DNA from: Eledone cirrhosa
Lineage: Eukaryota
DNA: 64,000 bases
Assembly (NCBI GenBank): GCA_964016885.1
Contig: OZ024750.1
Coordinates: 12,028,001-12,092,000, forward strand
Direction: 5' to 3'
Shown here: in pieces, positions 24,801-36,956 of the stretch
Layout: each line of letters begins with the position of its first letter
Position numbering within the stretch: position 1 is the first letter of the stretch
Position numbers and translations under genes: made by a program
Notes under the pieces: model-generated
The model's database searches: none
What the model was told of the DNA's origin: nothing
What the model saw: the letters and a program-made list of their open reading frames with translations, nothing else

Positions 24801-27800
24801 AGTTTGTTGTGCGTAAACTTGAGCAATATCAACCAAGGTCATAATCTCGGTCATACCACTGAGGAAGATTAAGAGATCTCCTCTCTCTGAATGTGGAAAC
24901 TGTAATATATGTAACAGAAGGTAAAAATTACCATAAAAATAATAATTTGTAGGGGCTAATGTTAGAAACAAACAGATCATTTAGAAAACATCACTTATAT
25001 CACATGGTTCTTAAGATTATCGAGGCCCAATTTCATTAGAATGATTAAAGCAAGTCTATCAAATGTTTAGATGAACTAGATTTAAAGTATTACATATTCA
25101 AACTTAACTAATAACCTGAAGTACAGTAGTGTAGAGCAGGCATATCAAACACGCGGCTCTTTACAAGCACACTTGCGGCCCACACAAAGGGTTTTACAGC
25201 GTGAGCATGTTTTATCTTCGTAATATAAAATTTAAAAAAAATTGTTGTAATGTGCAAAATTAGATGGCGTATGGGGCCCACAAACACCACATATGTGTGA
25301 CCTATGTGGCCCTCAGTTTGACATGCCTGATGGGGAGCATTGCTGTAAGCTTGTAAAGATGAACTGTTGACACAAGGGCCTTCACTGCAGACTTGTTACT
25401 AAGCTGGTCAGCAGTGAAGGGACTTTTGGTGAGGTGAGTAACATGACCTGGACTTTAGGAGTAAGTCGCTCCTTCATGCATTTGTAAATGTTTGTCTCAC
25501 CCTAAACAACAGTTCAATAAATCATTTCAAGATTATATCAAATCTTTCCACTTTTTTTTCATTAAATAAATAATTTCAAGTCTACCTTGTGGTCAATAGT
25601 TTGCATGATGCGGAGATATGGAGCACAGTCCAACTTTGAAGATTGTTTATCCAGTGTATCTTTTGGTATGGGGTGATATTCCAGTTGGATTGGAAACAGG
25701 TTTCCAGGTACCTAGTAAGAAAATTAGTAAAAATCTGTGAATATAAAACCAAGAAATCAATAACAAATTACCATAGAAACAGAAATAATATTACCTTGAC
25801 AACAGGAGCATTGTCAAAATATGAACTGAAAAGACCAATATTAATGGTGGCTGACATGAGCACAACCTTGAGATCTTTGCGCTGAGTTAGCAAACATTTA
25901 AGCATACCCAGTAGAAAATCTGTAAATATATGACGTTCATGAACCTAGAACAAAGAAGAGAAAATTGTAAAAATAAGACATTTTTTAAATGATTTCTTTT
26001 ATTTAGGTACAAGGCTAATTTTGTGTAGAAGCTTAATAACTTACCACCAGTGTATTACTGGTACTTATTAAGTCAGGTTGCTTTTGAGCGCTACTGGTAA
26101 CAGCTAACCTAGTACAACCTGTTGCATGGTTGGGTTGTCGGTGACTAAACCAGCAACCCCACTGAGCTTGCTTTGTAGGGTTGCTGGTTACATCCTACAG
26201 GATTATAAGCAAAACCCATCAAAGGGTGGAGGAACTCAAGAGAGTCAATGGCCATCCAATAAAATATTTACATATGAATGTTGATTGCTGGGTGAGGAAA
26301 TGGCAAGTAATCCCAGTGGAGGGAAACTGCAGTAGAGGAAGACCCGGGCAGAGGCAGTGAGAGCTGATCTCAAATTGCTGAATCTCACAGAGGAAATGAC
26401 TATAGTTAAATATCATGATAAAAAAAAACCTATAACCTCCTTGCAAATAACCCCCCCCCCCCCTCCCAACCAGAAAAAACCCAAAGAGAAATCAAGCTTT
26501 GCTCAGTAGACTCACCTCATCCAACAGAATGACATCATACATAGAAAGATAGATATCTGATGACATCTGTCTCAACAGAAGACCTGTAAATACAAGACCA
26601 TACATACATGATGACATTATAGCTTGTGTTAGAAGAGGGTATACAAAATAATGTCTCTCTTGTGTTTTATAAGGATATGATATATATATAAGGATAAGAT
26701 GGAATAAGGATAGGATGGAAGAAGTTTAGAGAGCTACTCCCACTGTTGACCACAAAAAGTTTCTCCTTATGTACAAAAGGACGACTGTATGATGCCTGTG
26801 AGTGAAATATGATGCTGCATGGTAGTGAAACATGGGCTGTGACTGCAGAGGTCTTGTGTAGACTGGAGAGAAATGAAGTAGCCATGCTCCGCTGGAAGTG
26901 CAATGTAAATATGAGATAAAGGCAGAGTTTGGACAAATTGAGGGAGAAACTGGGCTTAAGAAGAATCTGAAGTGTACAAGAGAGAAGACTGCGTTGGTTT
27001 GGACATGTGATGCACATGGACAATGATTGTTGGGTGGAGAAGTATCAGGAAATGCCAGTGGAAAGAAGCCATGGTAGAGGTAAACCAAGAAAGACCTGGA
27101 CAGAGGTTGTGAGAGCTGACCTCAAATCACTGAGACACACAGAAGCGATGACAAAGAATCGCAACTTGTTGAGAGATGCTGTGCTGAGAAGGACCTGTCC
27201 AACCCATGTAAGTGTAGAAAAACAGGCATAAAAACAATGATGATGATAACTTACCTTCTGTGAGAAACAAAATTTTTGTGTCTTGCCTTTTGGTTTTTTC
27301 AAATCTAATCTGTAAAGAATTTGATATTTTAGAATAAGAAATAATAACAACAACAATAATAATAATAATTGTTTCAGATTTAGGCACTAGGCCAGCAATT
27401 TTAGGGGAGGGGAAAGTCAATTAAATCGACCCTAATGCATGACTGGTACTTTATTTTATCGAACCTGTAAGGATGAAAGGCAAAGCTAACCTCGGGGGTT
27501 AAAATGACTTCCGCTAATACTATCCTATTTAAGGGGTTATTATAACCTACTATTACAGTTTATAATCTAAATAAAATATTAAGTTTATTTTCCTTTAGAA
27601 CTCACTTGATAGGCAACTTCAGATCCATTTTCATTGAGTGTTTCATAGCTAACTCTTTTTGAAAGTGAGATACAAGCAATTCTGCGAGGTTGGGTGCAGG
27701 CAATATTCTTATATCCAGCTTCTAACAAGTACTGTGGCACCTGTAAATAAATGAATGTATGATCACACTGAGATTTAGAGATTGGGCAGTGAAAAAGGTG

Positions 27801-30800
27801 AGCTAATGTGTCATAGATATTGAGGTTCGTGTTTGAAACACCTGTAAATAAATGGATGTATGATTACATTGAGATTTAGAGGTTTGCTAGAACAAAATTG
27901 ATCTGATATAAAAACGTTTGGTTTAAAGTGTATATATTTCTCTAAAAAATCTTCCAAAATAATTTTATCTAAGAACCTTTGTAAAGTTATATTCCAAATA
28001 GCAGATAAATAATAATAAACTTAGTTATAATACTAAATCCCTCCAAACTTTTTATTATTTTCAAAAGTAAGTTGGAGAAATACTTTAATTTTTATAAACA
28101 GACACAAATGAAATCTACCACATCATAGAAAAGAAATACATTTTTAGCTGTGAATTTCAAGTTTAGCATTCTTTCTCTCTTTCTTTATCTCTTCATTTGA
28201 TCATTAGGAAGCTACAATAGGGTTGGCTCAAGATTAAACAACTTTAGAAGAATTTAAAAGAAAACATAATACATAATACATTACAGAACATAACTCACCT
28301 GAGTAGACTTTCCACATCCTGTATCTCCAGCAACTAACACCACCTGGTTATCTCTGACTTGGTTTATTATATGTTGCTTGTACTTATATATTGGTAAGTT
28401 CTGTTGATCATGTTGTAACTTCTTTAATCTAGAAAACTAATAATACAAGAAATATTTCAGAGCAGGAGTATATCAATTCTTTCTGTCATCACAGAATTAC
28501 GTTCAGTATTAAAACTGTAACATCCTTGCTTCAGTTGAATAGTTCTACAGTTCAACAATTCAACAGTTTTACAGTTTATTGTGCTTCATTGTGTTGTAAT
28601 AGAAATTTAGAAATTACTGTTCCTTGTTCAATGACCTACACATATAAGAAAATAAACAAGATATGACAGAAATAGTTCCTGCTATGTTGTATAACTAAAG
28701 ATTGTTTAGATGGTTATAGAAATCTCTAAATTTTATATATTTTTTATTTGCCTCAAATAAATTATTAAAAAGCAACTGCAAAATATTACTTAAAAGGAGA
28801 AAAAATTAAGAAACTAGAAAATGAATCAAACTTTGTGGAAACTTACTTTTTGTTTTTGTACAAAGTCAAGGTAATGGAGAATAATATTTTTGAATTCCAG
28901 AACAAGTTCTTCTGTAAAAGACTCTTTGAAATCTTCATCTGAAAATCAAGAAGTGTTAATTATTGTATATATTCAAATATAAGCTGAGGAACATATGACA
29001 AAAAAAGAAGAAGAAAAAATCAATGGTAAAATATGTGGGGGATGGCTTATATATATACCATCTAAACAATGTGATTAGCTGCCTTGGTTTATAAATGGGG
29101 TTAGGATTTTTGCCCATTTCTCTGGCATAAAATAGGGGTGGGGAGCTTATATTTGAGTAAATATGGTGCTAGTAATACAGAAGACCCACCTTCCCTTGCG
29201 CAGTAGGCACCTCTTAATCTGATATACACCCCCATACCCCTACACATCCTTTCCACTTCTGCCCGCACCACCCTTACTCTGTAAAGTTATGTTGGTACCA
29301 CAAAACATGCAGCCCACACTGTAAAGTGGTCGTGTAAGTGTCATGACAAACAGCACCCAGTCCACACTGTAAATGGGGTTGGCGATAGGAAGGGCATCCA
29401 GCCATAGAAAAGCAGCCACAAACAGTCCTATACAAGCGAGACACGGTCACCCAACCCAACTTGCCTCAAATGAGACAAACCCATCTAACCCATGCTAGCG
29501 TGGAAGATAGACATAACAGTGATGATGATGATGATGATGATATATATATAAAAGAATTACCTGGTAAGCGTTTTTTGACAAGGAAATCTTTGAGGTTTCT
29601 ATTGCTGAAATCCAAATTAATTTTGCAGCTTTTCTTGTACACGGAAGAGATCTTTAAATGTTTACTAACTGATTCAGAAGTTTCATCTGTAAAATATAAA
29701 ACAGTATTATTATTATCACAATGGATTGGCAGTATCGGTAGAGGGTCTGACCTCATGCTTTGCAGCAAAGAGTTACGGCCTTTTATGGTCTAAGTTCAAA
29801 TCCCGCTGAGGTTAACTTTGCCCTTCATCCTTACGGGGTCGATAAAATAAAGTACCAGTAATACACTAAGATAATTGCTGGTCTTGTGCCAAAAGTAGAA
29901 ACAATTATTATTACATTTAAGTGATGGCTGTAGTAGTGGTATTGTTACTATTTAACTCTAAGTCCTAACATAACAGACTTATGACGCAAGCCATTCCTAG
30001 TAGTGACCAACTCATTTTTCTTTAGTATATCTATTAGTAGATTGTCCTATGTGTCATTTGGCTGCTATTTCTAGAAGGTAGAGTGACCACATAAAGGCTA
30101 TTTTTGTATATCTATCACTACATTATTCTATGTCATTTGGCTACTATTCCTAGCAGGTGGAGTGACCACTTAGAGGCTTATTTTGTATATTTATCACTAC
30201 AATATTCTATGTGTCATGTGGCCACTAGATAACTTATTGTCTGTATATCCTGATTATGGTCAACATTTGAGAATGTTAAGTAGTAGTAAATCATACAATT
30301 ACCTGTTCTGGAAGGTTTTGCAGACTTCTGTTGAAATAATAAATATTTCTCAAGGAATGACCAGAAATCTGAATATGAATTGGAATTTCTGAAATATAAA
30401 CCAGTATATTATCAAGTTATATATATATATATATATTATCAGCAGCAGCATTTAATATCTATTTTCCATGCTTGCATGGGTTAGACAGATTAAGGGTTGG
30501 AGAGGTCTACATAGACCAAGTTAGTACTGAAGCGGTGCTACTGACTTCCCAGTCAGGCTGAGGGGGTATGTATCTCGCTTACATATGGTCGTACGTTCTA
30601 TCGAATGCACACTAAAAGTTACGTCTTTTCGGGCAAACTGAAGGATCCTCCCAACCCTTAATATATATATAAATGAAAATATAGAAATTAATGTGAGCAA
30701 GAAGCCAACAGTATTTCATAATATATATATATATGTGTGTGTGTGTAAAGGGTAAAGACCCTTGTCACAAATAACCATGGGTTTTGCACCTAGAAACCAC

Positions 30801-31450
30801 AAGCATAGGCAAGGTGTTTTTGTGGAAGACCAGCAATCACCCATGCATACCAGTCTCCTCCTCTCGATGCCACCGATGTTGTCCAATGTAGAGGCAAAGG
30901 TCGATATAGCTTGATATATGTACAAGTGACGTTGCAACTCATTTCTACAGTTGAGTGGACTAAAGCAGCATGAAATAAAGTATCTTGCTCAAAGACACAA
31001 TGTACCGCCTGGTCCATTATATTTATTCTTTGGGTAATATATATATAGGCTGAACATTTATAATACATATATACTCTACCTTTTAATAACAGATCCATCA
31101 GAAAAAAATATTTTATCTAAAGAATGACGGTGTTTTTTGAAGTCTAAACATTCATAGTGGGGTTGTTGATGCGAAGTAAGAGTAGCTAGTTGATTATTAT
31201 CAGAACTGTGATATAGGATTTTATCTCGGTTAGATTCCGACTTTTGATAAGACGACGTTGGTTGCGAATATATTTCTTCTCGTGACTCTTTGGACGAATG
31301 TCTATGGTTTGAATGATACTTTTGACGTTTTGATTCAGAGTGCGATTCTTTCGTTCGTGTTTCATCTTTATTACGACTTTTCTTTCTATGTTTATGTTTT
31401 TTTAAATGCCTTTGTTTGTGCGAATCGTAAGATTCTTCCGAACTGGACAT
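12672..31450 (-). CDS. DHX34: DEAH-box ATP-dependent RNA helicase DHX34 (NMD factor), complete, 29 coding exons
   Basis: Exons 31450-31080, 30388-30303, 29686-29561, 28938-28847, 28436-28299, 27740-27606, 27309-27255, 26583-26516, 25944-25795, 25711-25586, 24899-24744, 24168-24061, 23948-23852, 23602-23455, 22813-22747, 21950-21843, 20587-20501, 19680-19606, 18468-18358, 17925-17776, 17335-17231, 17009-16863, 16455-16316, 15562-15452, 15303-15182, 14475-14326, 13766-13670, 13514-13360, 12820-12672, all phase-consistent. Motifs: [68 protein letters not shown]2 ([15 protein letters not shown]), [31 protein letters not shown]. The C-terminal CxxC...H motifs ([24 protein letters not shown]) are typical of DHX34. 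Confidence 0.93.
13094..13325 (+). mobile_element. RTE-type LINE 3' fragment (second family)
   Basis: Translates as [34 protein letters not shown]...ASDR and ends in a GAAGAAGAAG tail. Related pieces at ~32830-32920, 37830-38040, 44362-44602 and 59885-60040. Confidence 0.75.
13965..14250 (+). mobile_element. RTE-type LINE 3' fragment with (ATG)n tail
   Basis: RLRW(Y)GHVM...RGRP(K)KTW.EVVRADL...[11 protein letters not shown] motif, then CCCACCCTTGCAAGC...ACGTAAAATGATGATG. Near-identical pieces at 18582-18870 and 26270-26400. Confidence 0.8.
14643..14821. mobile_element. Small non-autonomous DNA transposon (MITE)
   Basis: Imperfect terminal inverted repeats CAGGGCTGGATTAA ... TTAATGAAGCCTTG. 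Confidence 0.45.
15760..16215 (+). repeat. 48-bp minisatellite (~9 copies) amplified from a SINE internal segment
   Basis: AAAAAGCACCCAGTCCACACTGTAAAGTGGTCGT... recurs with 48-bp spacing (15781, 15829, ...). The same segment occurs in 1-2 copies inside elements at ~12290, 20790-20850, 29310-29375, 33960-34040 and 49410-49515. Confidence 0.9.
16449..16712. repeat. Degenerate ~49-bp tandem repeat containing the 3' splice site of a DHX34 exon
   Basis: TTTTATTCTGAAAAT-like units with the acceptor dinucleotide (plus-strand CT) at 16456, 16505, 16556, 16605, 16653 and 16704. Confidence 0.85.
19226..19450. mobile_element. ~225-bp piggyBac-like MITE family
   Basis: Termini AACCCTTTAGCATTT ... AAATGCTAAAGGGTTAA with TTAA-like flanks. 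Related copies at ~38139-38345, 42532-42763, 45300-45530 and 62915-63125, in both orientations. Confidence 0.7.
20616..20955 (+). mobile_element. Full-length SINE family A with RTE-derived 3' tail
   Basis: Head ATGGAGGCATATGGCTTAGTGGTTAGAGCATTGG...GAGTTCAATTC (A/B boxes), CORE-like middle, and 3' GTCCCACCCTTGCAAGCAGGGAAAAGCAGACGTAAAATGATGATG shared with the RTE fragments. Confidence 0.85.
21101..21832. repeat. ~730-bp degenerate (ATG/ATA/GTG)n trinucleotide microsatellite in a DHX34 intron
   Basis: Continuous GATGAT/GATAAT/GGTGAT runs ending about 10 nt from the donor of exon 21950-21843. Confidence 0.97.
22316..22670. repeat. 35/36-bp minisatellite with a 71-bp dimeric higher-order unit, at an RTE 3' end
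   Basis: Monomers start at 22321, 22356, 22391, 22426, 22462, 22497, 22533 and onward, alternating GGAGGAACCCC and GGAGTAACCCT types. The minus strand leading into it reads [11 protein letters not shown] (RTE C-terminal A.DR..WR motif). Confidence 0.85.
25137..25329. mobile_element. hAT-like MITE
   Basis: Terminal inverted repeats CAGGCATATCAAAC ... GTTTGACATGCCTG with internal GCGGCCC/GTGGCCC motifs. No clear 8-bp TSD. Confidence 0.55.
26700..27248 (+). mobile_element. RTE-type LINE 3' fragment (longest copy)
   Basis: KGRLYDAC...MLHGSETWA...[12 protein letters not shown]...[11 protein letters not shown]...[16 protein letters not shown], ending in (ATG)n. Confidence 0.85.
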
Positions 31451-32308
31451 TTTCCTCTAATATATTTTATATTATAAATAACACCACTTTATTTTGTTTA
31501 TAACTTTATCACTTTATTTTGTTTATAAAAAAAATGTTGGCGCACCGGATTGTTGTAGGTGTTGACCAAGTTTAGTCGCCTCGAACTACAATTCCGATTT
31601 CAATATTTTCTACATGTTTGACTAACTTTATTCGACTAATTGATCTGTAGTGGATGTGCTCAACAGAAAAACTTAAATGCGAGGAAATTAGAATGCCAAA
31701 AGACAGTCTATTAAATAAAGTACTATAGAGGTACTTTATTAAGCGACTCAGTATGAACGAAAAGTAAAAATTGACCTTCAATGCCGATAGATAGCCGGAA
31801 CGAATACCGCAAACATTTTATGTGGCGCTTTAACGAGACAAGTTCTCCGCCTCTAACCTAGTTGCTTCGGCCACAAACCCGGACCACAATGCAGAGGACA
31901 GTAAAAATAAGTTAATACTGGGGCTTGTCCGACCACTACTTGTCTGCACCGATAATTCTTATAGGTTGTCGCTGTTGATTTAAAAAACAAAAATAGAATT
32001 AGTCTTTTTACATATTTAGACCCTAACTCAAACTATTTATTTTATAACGTATGTGATTTCTACTAATGTACTTTTTTTCGTCATGCATAATGCTTTTTAA
32101 TGCATAAAGAAAATTAATTGTCGCAGGAATACTACTACTTAGAATAAAATTACGCTGGAGATAGTGGTGGATGGAAGAAAATCTGTAAAATGAATAAGCT
32201 AGGAGGGCTTGGGTGATTATTCAGGACTCGAGAGTATACACACATACTCTCGCTCTCTCTAGTGCAATGAGAGTTACCTCCCCTATATCGCTATATTTCT
32301 AAATAAAG
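31451..32308. promoter_or_regulatory. Putative bidirectional promoter region, DHX34 (-) / C2H2 ZNF (+)
   Basis: The DHX34 ATG at 31450 points left, and a plus-strand donor AAAG|GTATGT at 32308/32309 marks a likely first non-coding ZNF exon. The interval is locally CpG-richer. Confidence 0.5.
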
Positions 32309-32454
32309 GTATGTGAGGAAGACATTAATATCTTATTGATTTAGTTGTTAACAATGTATTTTTAAGATTTTGACATTTTCATAAGACTCTCATTGTCCTC
32401 GTAAACTTTAAGTTTAATAGTAATGCGAATATCTACTATATTTCACATTCCGGC

Positions 32455-32705
32455 TACATTATTATGTATTAAATACATCGACTACTGTACTATGTATTAA
32501 ATACATCGACTACTGTACTATGTTTTAAATATATCGACTACATTACTATGTTTTAAATATATCGACTATATTACTATGTTTTAAATATAACGACTACATT
32601 ACTATGTTTTAAATATATCGACTATATTACTATGTTTTAAATATATCGACTACATTACTATGTTTTAAATATAGCGACTACAGTACTATGTATTAAATAT
32701 ATCGA
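32455..32705. repeat. 28-bp minisatellite (~9 copies)
   Basis: TACTATGTTTTAAATATATCGACTACAT-like unit with TATG at 32463, 32491, 32519 and onward. Confidence 0.9.
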
Positions 32706-33645
32706 ATTATCCTTTCGATATTTTATTTTAACAAAACATATAGCTACAGGAAGATATTTTAGTCTACTGTTATTTAATTCCAGATCAGCCTTCATTAAAC
32801 TAGTCTCTTATACAAGTTGTTCCAGCTGTATTAATCAGTTGGAGACGGTTGCTTCTGACAGGACCCGCTGGAAGGAATGTTTCAGGACCCTCTCGGGAAT
32901 AAGTGGGTGAAGAAGAATATGGTGATGATGATGATAGCACTAGCTCAGTATTAAAGAACTAATTAAAGTAAACCAATGTACAAAGTGGACTGAAGTAAAG
33001 ACGCAATTTTGACTTGAAAAAATTGTCACGTTTCATTTTAATACCATAATTTTGACACAAGGGCAGCAAGTATCCCAGTGCATTACTGGTACTTTATTTT
33101 ATCGACCCTATAAGGACGAAAGGCAAAGTTAACATCGGCGGGATTTGAAGGCAGAGCGTAAAGGGCCATAACTCTGTGCTGCATAGCATGTCGTCCAACT
33201 CTCCACCAATACTGCCAATCCATCCCCAATACCATAAATAATAGAGAAATTAAACCAACACTATTTTAAGTCCTCCTTTAGGGAAACACCTCTATTCTGT
33301 CTGCTGGGGCAACCAGCGCGTGGGCCCCCATTTGCTCATAATAGTGAAAGATGGGGAGAGACGGAGGCAGTGGGAGTTTGATTCCTTGTGTCCAGACCTG
33401 GTGTATATGTATATTTTTACAGTGGCACATGTTACATACAACAAACTTTTAAGTTGCTTATTAACTGAACTGCATGTATATAATGATAGCAATATAAAGG
33501 TATTACATATATGTGACAAAAATGATGTTTTATTTCTTTATATTAAATAATACAATGAAAAAACACACACAAACCCCCCCATGAATTCAATATCTTCTCT
33601 AATACTGTTTCTTTATTATTTCAGATTACCAGACGACATTGATAT

Positions 33646-33694
<49 letters not shown>

Positions 33695-34698
33695 GACGAG
33701 CTGATAAACTCCGACATCACACACTTACACCTCTCCAAGACAATGTCACTGGACCGAGACCTTTGGCGGTACTCAGTAACAGAGAAGACCCGCCTTACCT
33801 AAATATATAGTAAAACCTACTCCAGCCAGTAGGCATCTCTAACAAAATACACCCCGTCCCACCACCACCACCCCCACCCCATCCACACCACCCCGTTCTA
33901 TGTAAAGTTATGTTGGTGCCGCGCCATCGAGGCCGAAACAAATGAGATCGTGTAGGTGTCACGACAAAAAAACACACAGTCCACGCTGTAATGTGGCCGT
34001 GTAGGCAACACGGTAAAAACCTCCCAGACCCACACTGTAAATGTGGTTGGTGTTAGGAAGGGCATCCAACTGTAGAAAACCTGCCAGACAGTCCTATGCG
34101 AGCAAGACAATCACTCTTGCCTCAAGTGGGACTACCCCCGTCCAAACCCATGCAAGCGTGGAACACGGACGTTAAACGTTGATGATGATGATGATATCAT
34201 CTTTTAAAGATTAGGGAAAATCTCATATAGACTTGGTAAAACCTTGTTTATATAGACTCATGCTTGAATTACTCTGAAATATTTCCTCTGAACTGATATC
34301 AATAGCAGCATTTCTCTACTTCACTGTCTGGAATATCAACAAGATAATTACATACTCTAAATAAACTTTAACAAATTTTCTATGGAGATGTAATTGGCTT
34401 CTCTACAAGAAATTTCATATGTGAATATCTCTTGAACGGTTCTATTCGGATATTACATTACTTGTTGGTTCCTTGTTACAAGGTAATGGGGGTTCTATTT
34501 TGATAATCCCTGTTCAAATAATTTTACCAGAAATGAGTATATCCTAATAAATTATTTGGCTAGTGACTTTTGGGAGCATCTTCACATATCGACTGAGATC
34601 ACTGTTGATGGAAATATAGCAAAATAAGTAATTGTTGTGAATAAAATAGAGAAACATAAAGATAGAAAGTAACTGTATATTGTGAAAGAAGAAAAATT

Positions 34699-35553
34699 AT
34701 GGAAAATACATTATGTGACAACCAGATTCAATGTGAAATGCAGTCTGAAAGGATTGAAATTCCTGTTGAGATTCTTAAACAAACTGGAAAAACATTACAC
34801 CACTGTGGTATTTGTGAAAAGTCATTCTCTCAAAAAAGGAACCTAACTAGACACAAACAAATTCATACCAGAGAGAAACCATATCACTGTGATATCTGTG
34901 GGGAATCATTTTCTCAGAAGAGCCATTTAACTATTCACAAACGTACTCATACAGGAGATAAACCATATCACTGTGATATCTGTGGGGAATCATTTTCTCA
35001 GAAGAGCCATTTAACTACTCACAAACGTACTCATACAGGAGAGAAACCGTACCACTGTGATATCTGTGGTAAAGCATTTTCTGTTACAAGTAACCTAGCT
35101 ACTCACAAACATATTCATACAGGAGCTAAGCCATATCACTGTGATATCTGTGATAAGTCATTTTCTATAACAAGTAACCTAGCTACTCACAAACGTATTC
35201 ACACAGGAGAGAAACCATATCACTGTGACATCTGTGGTAAATCATTCTCTCAAAATGGTGAATTAAGTACTCACAAACTTCTTCACACAGGAGAGAAACC
35301 ATATCACTGTGATATCTGTGGTAAATCATTCTCTCAAAGTGGTAAATTAAGTATTCACAAACGTATTCACACAGGAGAGAAGCCATATCACTGTGATATA
35401 TGTGATAAAACGTTCTCTATTAAAAGTAATTTAACTACTCACATACGTATTCATACAGGAGAGAAGCCATTTCACTGTGATATCTGTGGTAAATCATTCT
35501 CTATAACAAGTAACTTAAATACTCACAAACGTATTCATACAGAGAATAAATGA
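34699..35553 (+). CDS. C2H2 (Kruppel-type) zinc finger protein, 9 tandem fingers, single coding exon
   Basis: 284-aa ORF with nine CxxC-x12-HxxxH fingers and [16 protein letters not shown] linkers, the style of the cephalopod C2H2 expansion. No recognisable effector domain. Confidence 0.92.
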   Translation: MENTLCDNQIQCEMQSERIEIPVEILKQTGKTLHHCGICEKSFSQKRNLTRHKQIHTREKPYHCDICGESFSQKSHLTIHKRTHTGDKPYHCDICGESFSQKSHLTTHKRTHTGEKPYHCDICGKAFSVTSNLATHKHIHTGAKPYHCDICDKSFSITSNLATHKRIHTGEKPYHCDICGKSFSQNGELSTHKLLHTGEKPYHCDICGKSFSQSGKLSIHKRIHTGEKPYHCDICDKTFSIKSNLTTHIRIHTGEKPFHCDICGKSFSITSNLNTHKRIHTENK

Positions 35554-36429
35554 TATCAGTATAATGTTCTTGAGTCATCCCTCTTTCGAAGGTGAAGCAT
35601 TCATTTTGCTTTTTCTAATGGCTAGAACATATGCAGCTCATGACACCTGCGTAATGATCTATGCCACCAATGTTGTCCAAGGGAAAAGCAATGACCGATA
35701 CAGCTTGGGACCAGTGACATTGCACCTCATTTCTACAGCTGAGTAAACTGGAGCAATGAGGAATAAAGTATTTTGATCAAGGATACAGCACATCACCCTG
35801 TCTGGGAATCAAACTCACAACCTCCCAATTGCAAGCCCAATGCTCTAACCACTAAGCCATGTGCCTTCACAATGGTAAAACATAGCCACACTGGAGAAAA
35901 GATCATGTCACTCATACCTACACTAAATCATTTGTTACAGAAAAGTAATCATTTTACATTGGTATATATTTTATGGAAGAATTACTTTCACCAAAGATGT
36001 AATCACACAACATATTACAGTGTGACAACAATGTATCAACTCTATTTAACTAGAAGTGTCTATACATTTTTGTGATTTTTTTTTTTATAGTAAAAGCACT
36101 TTTTCAGAATACTCACATATATTCCCTTTTTAGAAAAGTTCTAGAAAGGCAAAATGTTAGTATTGCTTTATTTGACATTATGAGGAGAAAAACCTCCCTG
36201 CAAAACTGCAAAATCTATTTGTCCTAAATCAGGGATTATATTTCTGTACAGTTATGTTATAAATAAAATACACAAATTATAACTGAAAAATACTTCATTA
36301 TACCATATTTAGACATATGTATGAGATCTTATAAATATTCTGTGTTTTGTATACATTCTTTCATGTATGTTTTGTATAATGTGGATGATTTTTCTTGTGA
36401 TACCAACAGAATTACATTTCTAAATATAC

Positions 36430-36956
36430 CATGTTTGAATCTGTGCTGTCAGTTCTTATATTTGTGATTCCTTGGTCACAACTTACATCATTTTTCAAGC
36501 GAGTTGTCCCCAAAGGGAAACTTTATTTGTCAAAGAATCTGAGAATGGTTTATATCACCGAGTTCTTCTGTGGTGAATCATTCCTGCAATGGTGTGTTTA
36601 ATGAGCTCTCTTTTCATTGTTTTGTATGAGATGGTATTTGGTGGAGCTGTTACTAAATTTCTGATCTTCTGTACAATTTCCAGAGTAATTTGTGCGATGT
36701 GAGTAACATCAGAAATAATATAATTTGAAAGAATCTTGAATTTGTGGTGCACAAATCATAGGGTAGAATCATAAGTCCAAAAAGTAGGGAGGGACCTTCA
36801 AAAGAACTGCTGACTGGTTAGAAGCTATTTCTGCAGATGAAAGTGAAGATAGTGTTTTGTACATGTAAAAAAATACAGCAATTGTACTACAAGAAAGATG
36901 AAGGACATAGATGAAAACAGAACGAGTAGGAACTCTGGTATGCTATTTCACCAGTG
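36430..36956 (-). mobile_element. Degraded Ty3/Gypsy gag relic (DUF7041-like)
   Basis: Minus-strand fragments AVLLKVPP/FWTYDSTL*F, APPNTISYKTMKRELIK and EELGDINHSQIL resemble the gag consensus VKLPPFW..DP.LWF, PP...Y..LK..LIKR and EELGDRKPSQLLR. A CAC-TGGTGA PBS-like motif lies at ~36948-36956. Confidence 0.6.

Noticed and set aside
26148-26189. Perfect 12-bp inverted repeat AACCAGCAACCC/GGGTTGCTGGTT
   Set aside because: Short, adjacent to an RTE fragment and likely part of a decayed element; no further ncRNA features.
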